From the NCBI RefSeq assembly GCF_009914755.1, contig NC_060930.1: a DNA stretch of 64,000 nucleotides, one strand, 5' to 3'. Under the pieces are notes generated by a model that saw nothing but the letters and a program-made list of their open reading frames with translations, did not search any database and had not been told where the DNA came from. The stretch's first letter is position 1; each line of letters starts with the position of its first letter. This DNA comes from the human T2T-CHM13v2.0 reference genome, Homo sapiens. Below, one piece after another: positions 53,481 through 64,000 of the stretch. Position numbers and translations under genes: made by a program.

Positions 53481-54754
53481 TGTTATGTGCAGCTCTCCTG
53501 GCACTTCAGTAAACTTTCACAAACACAGCTTCTTTGCAATTGTCATCAAAGCTTTATACATGCTTAACTATGAACCTTAAGGCACAACAGTGGAAATTAC
53601 TAGCTTATGATTAGCTTATTTTGGATTTTTTAATTGCTGTAAACAAGTTGTCCTATCTATAAGTAAACCAGAGGAACAGCATCTTTGACCTTTTCAGGGT
53701 TGTAGCATCTTGCTACTCAAGACTGTAGCCAAGTTACAGATTGTCTTCAAACGATAATGTCCTAAAAGGTACAGAGCTCCCTCCAGAGGTGTTTAGGTAG
53801 ACTGTGAGGCTGTAATGATAAGCAAAATGGGGAGAGAAAACAAATCTGACTGGTTTGTTCTTGGAAAAATATATACGATTATCTCACAGGCCTTGTACTT
53901 TTTAATGGTATTTGTTGTCTTTTAGCCAAGGTCAGCATATTTCAAGAGAGGCAGGGAAACAAGGCATTTGCATTTCCAAAATTTTATGTACATTTACAGA
54001 TTTTCTGAACGCCATATTATGGGGAAAATATTGACAGCTCTGCTTTATTGTAACCTAATTTCATTTATTCATCAAATATGAAGCACCAATTGTCTACAAA
54101 CCAATTATTTGCAAAAATAAAACATACTAAGCTTTAACTTTTGTCAGATTTATGAAACCAAGCTTTCTCTTAGCAGTCAATATAATGACCCAACTACATC
54201 AATATTTGCTGAAGGAGATAATTAACTTGTTAATGTTTATCTAATATTGAAAAAATATATAGGATTTTATTATTGTTAAAAGTTAATTGATTCCGAATTA
54301 TTTATAGAATTGTATAATACAAAATTTATCTGGTTAATAAATATACTGGTCTTGTAAGAACTTTCTAAATATTACAGAGTATTACAAACATAAAAAATAA
54401 ACTCAGCCTCTTTTTTGTTTCTTAATATGAAAGTCCTTTGTTTTTATTTAATATGAAAGGAATTTTAAGGATCTATTCCTAATAGGAAGCAAAGCTTCTG
54501 AAAATAATGTTCTAACATTTAAGACATTTAAATAATTCAATTATATATTTCATAGGCATTTACCCTATATTTGTAGTATTTTCTTCTGATATTTTAATCT
54601 AAATTTTGCTCTAACTGCTTAAATTGTTGGTGAACTTTTGTTGTATTTCTGTCAGCAGTTGTGTTTATGTAAATGTTTAGTCAGTCCACTGAAGCAGCAA
54701 GATTTCCAGGTGATAACATTAATTAACCTTAGTTGTCTCTGACCATATATAAAA

Positions 54755-56664
54755 CAGTGGTCCTCAAATGCGGTCCCCAACCCAGCCATATTAGCATCAC
54801 TTGGAAATGTGTAAGAAATAAAAAATTTTAGGCAGTATGGCCATTTTCACGATATTGATTCTTCCTACCCATGAACATGGAATGTTCTTCCATTTGTTTG
54901 TATCCTCTTTTATTTCATTGAGCAGTGGTTTGTAGTTCTCCTTGAGGTAATTTATAGATCCAATGCCATCCCCATCAAGCTACCAATGACTTTCTTCACA
55001 GAACTGGAAAAAACTACTTTAAAGTTCATATGGAACCAAAAAAGAGCCCACATTGCCAAGTCAATCCTAAGCCAAAAGAACAAAGCTGGAGGCATGACGC
55101 TACCTGACTTCAAACTATACTACAAGCCTACAGTAACCAAAACAGCATGGTACTGGTACCAAAACAGAGATATAGACCAATGGAACAAAACAGAGCCCTC
55201 AGAAATAATGCCACATATCTACAACCATCTGACCTTTGAACAACCTGACAAAAACAAGAAATGGGGAAACGATTCCCTATTTAATAAATGGTGCTGGGAA
55301 AACTGGCTAGCCATATGTAGAAAGCTGAAACTGGATCCCTTCCTTACACCTTATACAAAAATTAATTCAAGACGGATTAAAGACTTACATGTTAGACCTA
55401 AAACCATAAAAACCCTAGAAGAAAACCTAGGCAATACCATTCGGGACATAGGCATGGGCAAGGACTTCATGTCTAAAACACCAAAAGCAATGGCAACAAA
55501 AGCCAAAATTGACAAATGGGATCTAATTAAACTAAAGAGCTTCTGCACAGCAAAAGAAACTACCATCAGAGTGAACAGGCAACCTACAGAATGGGAGAAA
55601 ATTTTTGCAATCTACTCATCTGACAAAGGGCTAATATCCAGAATCTACAAAGAACTCTAACAAATTTACAAGAAAAAAACAACCCCATCAACAAGTGAGT
55701 GAAGGATATGAACAGACACTTCTCAAAAGAAGACATTTATGCAGCCAAAAGACAAATGAAAAAATGCTCATCATCACTGGCCATCAGAGAAATGCAAATC
55801 AAAACCACAATGAGATACCATCTCACACCAGTTAGAATGACAATCATTAAAAAGTCAGGAAACAACAGGTGTTGGAGAGGATGTGGAGAAATAGGAACAC
55901 TTTTACACTGTTGGTGGGACTGTAAACTAGTTCAACCATTGTGGAAGTCAGTGTGGCGATTCCTCAGGGATCTAGAACTAGAAATACCATTTGACCCAGC
56001 CATCCCATTACTGGGTATATACCCAAAGGATTATAAATCATGCTGCTATAAGGACAAATGCACACCTATGTTTATTGTGGCACTATTCACAATAGCAAAG
56101 ACTTGGAACCAAGCCAAATGTCCAACAATGATAGATTGGATTAAGAAAATGTGGCACATATACACCATGGAATACTATGCAACCATAAAAAATGATGAGT
56201 TCATGTCTTTTGTAGGGACATGGATGAAGCTGGAAACCATCATTCTCAGCAAACTATCACAAGGACAAAAAACCAAACACCGCATGTTCTCACTCATAGG
56301 TGGGAATTGAACAATGAGAACACATGGACACAGGAAGGGGAACATCACACACCGGGGCCTATTGTGGGGTGTGGGAGGGGGAGGGATAGCATTAGGAGAT
56401 ACACCTAATGTTAAATGATGAGTTAATGGGTGCAGCACACCAACATGGCACATGTATACATACGGAACAAACCTGCACGTTGTGCACATGTACCCTAAAA
56501 CTTAAAGTATAATTTTAAAAAAAGATATAAAAAAGAAATAAAAATTTTAAGCCTTCACCCCAGACCTACTACAGGATCAGAAACACCGGGGTTGTGGTTC
56601 AGTAATCTGTGTTTTATCAAGTCTTCCAGGTGATTCTGATGTCCACCAATGTTTGAGAAGCACT
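54755..56664. mobile_element. MER5A hAT element split by the L1 (54755-54830 and about 56550-56664)
   Basis: cagtggtcctcaaa...agcatcacttggaaa on the left and cccagacctact...ccaggtgattctgatg...tttgagaagcact on the right. Confidence 0.8.
54831..56532 (+). mobile_element. L1PA5-like element with a short 5' inversion (54831-54945)
   Basis: ORF2 C-terminal frames 54986-56310, 3' UTR and A-tail. TSD aagaaataaaa(a)atttta at 54813-54830 and 56533-56549. Confidence 0.93.
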
Positions 56665-57746
56665 AATATTGTTTTTACTGATTAGGAAGGTTTAATACTT
56701 ATAAAATTATTCAGAAAGTAGAAATTTAGTCATCCCATAGTATTGATTTTTTTTAGGTTTCCTTATATGTGCCTTAAAATTCCGAAGGAAGATTTTTTGG
56801 AAACCAGATTATTCCAGGTTCACTGAAGTAGCATATTTATGAACAGATTAACCTTAATAGCACTTAAAAAATAGCATTTTAATACTTAGCTTTTAGCTCT
56901 CTTACTAAAATATATCTTTATTCCCCATAGTAGTACTTTAAAAATTATTATAATCTGGGTTTAGATCAAATTAACTATAGCTTTTTGCATTTGTCCTGGG
57001 ATAGAGCAATGAATGTGCAGAGAGATGCACACATGGTGTTACTTTCCTCTTATTAGCTGCCCCAAGTAATATCAGAATATTCCTTTTATTCCAGGAGATC
57101 TGTTTAATACATGTAGTAAATATAACTGAATTATAAACATATTATTCTATTTCTCAACCCTAGAGATGGAATTGTAGCTGCCATGAATCCTTCTAGAATA
57201 TGGTGAGCTATAAATAATTAATAAACAGTGCTTAATTAGGTTCAACTTTGCTGCTTAATTTGATTCTACCACTTTGGGTCTTTCCTATGTTACTGTGAGC
57301 TCCAGAGTTGCCTAAGGACAGCGCCCCTGACACATGAGGAGGGAACAGAACAATCTCTGCTGTTAGCTTTAACAACTTAACTAAGAAGATATTTTCATGA
57401 ATAAGTAATCATTTCAGGAACACTGGAAATGCCAGACACTTAAACCAGCATTTGTTCTTATTTCTCTCTCAAACACACACTCAAATTCCACATTTTCTAA
57501 AAAGAGATCCAAACCTCTTGAAACGAATTCTGAAGTTTGAAAAAGAAAATATTTCCTATATTTTACCTGGAGTTTTTAAGGGGAGCCACCACAAGCAGTA
57601 ACACGACCGTTGGTGCCTTTTTGTTCTATCCGGCATTGAGGACATGGAATACACCCTGGGATCTCGTGGCATGACATTTCTCTTTAGGATAGTTCCAGAG
57701 CCAGTCCACTGCAAAGAGTGACATGAACCTTTAAAATGAGGAGGGT

Positions 57747-57900
57747 AGCCAGGCACGGTAGCTCACACCTCTAATCCTAGCACTTTGGGAAGCTAAGGTA
57801 GGATGCTCGCTTGAGGCCAGGAGTTTGAGGTGAGCCTAGGTGACAGAGAAAAAAACTTGTCTGTTTAAAAAAGAAAAAAAAAAAAAAGAAGAAGAAAAAA
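57747..57900 (+). mobile_element. Free left Alu monomer (FLAM-like)
   Basis: Single Alu arm followed by an A-rich tail. Confidence 0.8.
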
Positions 57901-58284
57901 TAGCATGTCCCCTTCCACCATGGCTCAGGACTAAGAAGTGGAGTTTGCCATAGCTGACTAGGCATTTTATCTTGCAACTTGATAAAACCTATTAATAGAA
58001 GAGAACATAAGAGACCAGGCGAAGCAAACACAGCCATTCCAAGTGCAAAATGGAAAAAAAAGCTAGAAGAAATGTTATAGAAATGTGAAGATGTCTCCAA
58101 CTCCAAATTAATATGCTGATACTATTCCCAAGTGAAGACTTCAAAAAATAATTTCTAAGGCTTGTATAATCGTGGCTCATGTGGTGAATCCCTTTTAAAT
58201 AGAATTCTATTCCAGAGATTCTATTTAAAAGAAAATCACGTACCATAATCCATATGGCTTTGCACCATCACTTTAGTAAGGCAG

Positions 58285-58500
58285 ATAGTACCCAGCATTT
58301 ATTTAGCCTTTCTGACATGTGCTAGGCACTCCATACTTGTTCTTTATTATTTTGTTTAATCCTTCTAACAACCCTATGAGGTAAGTATACTGATTATCTC
58401 CAATTAGGTGAAAAGCAAGCACAGGGCATTTAAGTAATTTGCCCAAGGTGAAAGCTAGAAAAAAAATCAAAACCAAGATTTAGATAGGCAGCAAGCAACT
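58285..58500 (-). mobile_element. MIR SINE
   Basis: catgtgctaggcact...aatccttctaacaaccctatgaggtaag...taagtaatttgcccaagg. Confidence 0.75.
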
Positions 58501-59809
58501 GAGTCAACATGTACTCCACATTCTTGGCACTCAGATACAAACAGCTGTCATGTTCCTAACTGCAGAAGTAGAAACTGAGTGTAGAGCATAAAGTTATCCT
58601 GACAGCAGAACTCCAGTTTGCACACTTCTTAAAGTGTTCTTTTTAGACATATGCAGCATGTGCTTATGATAATTATAGTGGTGGGAAATTTACATTATAT
58701 TAAGTAAAATTTGATATTGAAATATTCCTTTATATTTGGAAGAATAAAAGAAGTGCAGTAAGATGTTAGAGATGGCCAAATTGGTGGCATTTATTTAAAA
58801 GAAATAGACATAAATTCTACTTTGCTATCTGATTGCTTTGTAAGTCAGTCTGAGTAACACTTTCTGAGGATAAAGTGCGTTAAATCTTTCAAAACATAAG
58901 GATCAAGATCAGACATCCATACATGGATTAGAGTTAATTCCTAAGACTTAGAAGTGAAAATAAATAATACATTTGAAGCATAGTTTACACTAGCTTCAAA
59001 ATTATACTTTTTGTCATAAAGGAGAAGAAAAAAATCTCTATTTCAGGATAAGCATTAATCAGTATGATCCTGTTGACAGTGTTTGACATTTCTGAACCAT
59101 CTTATGAAGTTAGAAAGAAAATGTCTTTATAACTTTTTACATCACAAGAGAAAATATATAAAATTTAAATAATTAGAAACATCTCTGTGATATTTTCCCC
59201 CCAAAAAAACTTTATTTGGACAAATATTGTTTACTCATTTTTCTTAGGTATGGGGAAAAGATGTAAGGACTATTACTTGCTCTGTGCCTTGTCAATCAGC
59301 ACTATATTAAAGTTTCATTTGAAAATAGGCCTTTCTGTTTCTTGCCATATTAAAATAGCAATGAAGCCCAGAGAGACCATTTTGCAGAAGATACAAGTAG
59401 AAGTGGGGAGGTGTGGGGTTGTGGGTGGAGATGGGAGGAAAGAGGGTAGAGGACCATCGTTGGCCAAGTAATCTTGTGACTTAGGACAAGTCATTTAATA
59501 TTCTTATTTTCGCATTATAAAAGCATCTGTTTTTTATTCATAAAGTTAAAGAACAAAGACTATCTGTATTTCTGCTAGAATCACTTATGTATACATCACT
59601 AAAATCGTGAAATATAACTACCAATTATTATTAAATGTTAAATGTAACTATCAATTATTATTAAATGTTATTACCCAGAATTGGGGAGTTTTGTCTTTTT
59701 TCTGTCTCCATGGAGGTCCTTCAGTGATATAATTTTGTATATATCTATAAGGTCTAGTAGAATAGACTCACAGTTAAAAGATGAGAGTATCACTATCCAT
59801 ATCATAAAA

Positions 59810-60145
59810 ATAAAATATCTTTTTTATTGTTAAAATTTTAAAGAAGAATACCTTCACCACAGAATTGTTTTTGCATGAATGAAGTTAATATATGTGAAAA
59901 GCACTTTGTGAACTCTAAAGTAATAATAATGATACTAAGAAAAGGAGATAACACTTATATGATGTTTATTATGTATCAGGCACTGTCCCAAGCACTTTTC
60001 ATGTGTTATCTCATTCAGTTCTAATAACGACCCTATACAATAGGTAGTATTACTATTCCTATTAATTCCATTTTACATAGGAAGAAGCAGGTGCAGAGAG
60101 GTTCAGTGACGTGTCCAGAGTCACAGAGATAGTGTCAGAGACAGT
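59810..60145. mobile_element. Tail-to-tail MIR fragments (plus about 59810-59930, minus about 59940-60145)
   Basis: MIR tail ...atgtgaaaagcactttgtgaac, then antisense core ccattttacataggaagaagcaggtgcagagagg. Confidence 0.65.
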
Positions 60146-60779
60146 ATTAAATTTTATGTATTCATATCTTCTCCTATTCCAAGTATTCTGCCTGAATTCT
60201 AAGTGGACTTAAAGCCAAACCATACTGAAATAGTTTCTTTCCCTGAATCTCTTCTCATTCAACCTATGTTTAATGGCAACTACAATGATTATGTTATAAT
60301 AATGTTATATCAACATTAATATTAATGTTACTCATAATTTCTGTGTGCTTGAAACTGTGGAAAGTGCTTAATTATACACTTAACTTGTTAGTATGCCAGA
60401 GATGAATCAGTCCTTCAGAGATTTTCAGTTGGCGAGATCTGGAACCAGTGGTATATTTAGGAGACCTCTTTCCTACCAGTGAGGGAGCCATGGAATAGAA
60501 TTCAGGTGCCTACAGCCTAGGTGACAATTCTTTGTGCAAGGTTCATATGCCCAGGCTTCCTGCCCTAGCTCCTTGTTACCATTCCAATTCTCCATGAATA
60601 TGGATCCTGGCCCTTGCTCTGGCTAAGGATAGTGGATTTGGAAATAACATCCTAATTTCCTTTTGTGAATTTTCTTGCCGATTATGCACAGTCTTCTTTA
60701 AGGCTGAAAAATCAAGATGCTGTTTTTTTCTAGTTGAGAAGTGTTCACATATTTGCTAGGCCATTTGGAAACTCCTTCT

Positions 60780-61050
60780 CTGGAATGTCAATCCTGTGCA
60801 GAATCACTGAAATCAGTTGTAGGTCATCCTTTATGATGGCAACACACTGATGATGAAATTGTTGAGTAGTTCTTGCTGCTAAGCCCTCAGAGCTACCTGC
60901 TTCTTGCCTTTTTCCAAATATGATCTTCCAGCTTTCCAGTTGAATCTATGAGCTACCACAGTTGTTCTTTAAGCAAAGCTATAACTTGTCTGCTTATGTT
61001 AACCAAAGACAGTTTCTGTAGCTTAGACCCACTGATCCCTAACTAATATA
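60780..61050 (+). mobile_element. Old ERVL/MaLR-type LTR 3' fragment
   Basis: Ends cagtttctgtagcttaga...ccctaactaatata. Family uncertain. Confidence 0.4.
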
Positions 61051-61427
61051 CCTATAGAACTACTGTCCTATTACCCTTCTTTGTTCCTATGAGTGCCTTC
61101 CAGAACATAGCTAGAACATGCTTGCAGTATTTTATTCTTCAGTTCTCTCAGCATCCAATGATACTCCAGCCACTAGCTAATACTGCATCAGTCAACATAG
61201 GCCTCATGTGAACTATAACTTTTTTAGTTACTTTGCACTAAAGTCCACTGTTCTTTGAAGCATAAGCTACCACACACCCACCATCTCCCAATCTGACCTG
61301 CCTGAACTGAATTTGAATTCTGCACAGCCCTTGGACCATGTGATTTCATTTATTGACAATTTCATTGGCAGTCCACTCAATTTTTCAACTGAAAAACCCT
61401 TCAAGTTCATTTATCCTCATTTTATAG

Positions 61428-61869
<442 letters not shown>

Positions 61870-64000
61870 ACTGGAAGAGTATTTCAAAACTTAAATCTTG
61901 ATGTTTAGCGTAGGTTTGTGCTATGTTTCTGGAACATAGTAAATGATCAATAGTTGTTGACTGCATTGCTGTATTAATTTCTAAACTTACTATTAGTTTC
62001 CTCATTCTCTGTCACACATGGGAGTTAGAAAAGATGAAGCATATTTTGCAATGGGGAACAATTTTCCAAATTGTGAATGATTTGCACCCAAGTAGGTGAG
62101 TGAATATAAGTTTGAAGCACCCTTGATGACTTCCAGTCCAGGCAACTCTCCTTTCCTTTCCTTCACAGGGACCATAACTGAATACAAATCTGCAAATCTA
62201 GTCACATAGGCAGATGTATTCTCTCTTGTAGTTATCTTGTTTCTAGATGCTGTTGCCTAGGTGAAGAATGAATTGAAATTTAGAAAATATTTTTTCTTTA
62301 GGAAAAAAATGTTGCCAATTGTGGGTAGTCATAAATCAAATAACACTACAAGGTACATTAAGTTCATCATGAATTAAGCTGACTTTATGTCCTGATGAAA
62401 AACCTCATCACTATGTATAAAATTATTTTTGTGAAAAAAATATATTCCATTTTTAGTTACCCTCCTTACAGATGAACTTGGGTGTCTCAACTCATTTGTA
62501 ATATGTAGACTGATAATAGAAATTTCAAACCTTTTCCACCCTTGACAACCATAACTTGTTATAGTTTTTAACTAGGTTACTGAAGAACTGCATCAAGTGT
62601 TGCACAGCCTGTAGGTGACAAAGTTGTCATGTATGTCTTTTCCTTTAGTATCTAAAATAAAATAATGTTTAGAGAAAAGAATGTCTTGAGGTTATGTGTA
62701 TTGCTCAGACACAGTGGAAAGAAGGATTTAGGTTTTATATATTTATGTATAGTTTTGATTGACTATTGGATAAATGAATGAATGAATGATGCTGTGCTTT
62801 CAATTATCATTTCCTATGAGGTGCATTTCGTAGTAAGAAAGAAGAACCAGACAGCTGATGCAGTCCAATACTGATTGCTCCACTATTCTACAAATCTGGA
62901 ACCCTATTAGGCCCCCATCTTTTTTTCCAACTCAAGAGAAAGGGAAGTTACGAAAATGGGGAAGAGCCTCAGGATATGAACATAAGAATAAGAAATGAGA
63001 GCTTAGTTTACTTTTGCTTCACTTTCAACAGTTACTGTTTACTGTGTCTGCTTCAAACCTTTAATCACTCAAAAAACAGATAAGCCTTTATCTGCTCATG
63101 GATACTTTTGCTGAACAATACAGAGAGTAATTCATAGCAAATTTTGTGTATTCAGAGGGATTATATGCAAATTTATCTATATTTTCTCCTCAAAATGGGG
63201 CAAAGGAAACATAGCAGTAAATGGGATCAATTATGGCAGAATGATGGCAGAATTTATTAATAGTCTGAGGACTATCATCAAGTCAACCTGCTATTCAGAG
63301 GAAATATGAAAAATTCATTAGAATGTTACAAAACATATTGTAGACGCAGTGTTTACAAGCAGGATACACTGAATAGACAATTACATAATAAAGAGTTAGT
63401 CTTGATCCCTGCTTCCAGGGGATGCAACATGATTTGACTTTCACCAATTTCAGTTTTGGAAATAAAATTACTGGCATCGTAGTAATTGTGAATGTGTTAA
63501 AGTGGGTAGAGATAATACAAAAGCAGTATGCCACATTGCAGGAAATACTGAAAATCTAACAAATTAATAAAAGTTAATAAGGCATGAAGTGATAGATCTA
63601 TGAATATAGACGTCATCTTCCCTGAAAGTTGTTCTTTATAATGGAGAAAACATTTTCAATATTTCCATATAAAATCGACCTTTATTCATCTCCTTGTGGT
63701 ATCATATACCTGCCAAGTATAGGGTTATAACTGTGTCAGTATGACATTTTATTTACAATTAATCTCAATGAGTATAAGGAAATGAAAGACATTATGACAA
63801 AATGAGCTTCTCAAGGTACAAGCACACCCATTTATAAGTAATTTTTCTACATTATTTACTGTTGAACTCTTTCAAGTCAAAAATAGATCATGTTACTTTT
63901 GAAATGTCATTGAAGAAAAAAGACTTCCTATTCGTTTTCCTTTCTTAATTTAGTTTTAAATAATGACTACTAAAGCTGGATAAATATCCATAGCAAATGT

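Larger units (their letters stand above)
50734..54430 (+). other. MEI4: Putative MEI4 3' UTR; true end uncertain
   Basis: AU-rich sequence after the stop. AATAAA occurs at 50769, 54116, 54336 and 54396 among others, the last followed by T/GT-rich sequence. Confidence 0.45.

Noticed and set aside
57556-57756. Short minus-strand ORF in a patch with a few CpGs
   Set aside because: No recognisable homology or splice context that I can support.

Overview
Primate (most likely human) genomic DNA, AT-rich and dominated by transposable elements. The only supportable host coding sequence is a phase-0 terminal exon at 50476-50733 (+). Its translation (EQASYDVSRYENIFYLFWVLEQLL...AQIETLRK*) matches my recollection of the C-terminus of MEI4, a meiotic double-strand-break factor. 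Bases 1-50475 therefore appear to be part of a very long last intron, followed by the 3' UTR and downstream flank. The intron holds stacked LINE-1s of several ages, almost all antisense to the gene, plus Alus, a two-LTR THE1C element, solo LTRs and DNA transposons. All long ORFs in the track are L1 ORF2 remnants. The best candidate for something new is the sense-oriented THE1C 3' LTR. It has an intact DUX4-type motif, a TATA-like box, a Kozak ATG and two splice donors in phase with the MEI4 last exon, which predicts an LTR-driven MEI4 C-terminal mini-isoform; this is a hypothesis only. Other notable items are four 5'-inverted L1s, two L1 3' transductions, inverted L1 homology bracketing the last exon, and several templated-insertion scars. 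Repeat subfamily names come from remembered consensus sequences, and boundaries of old repeats are approximate.
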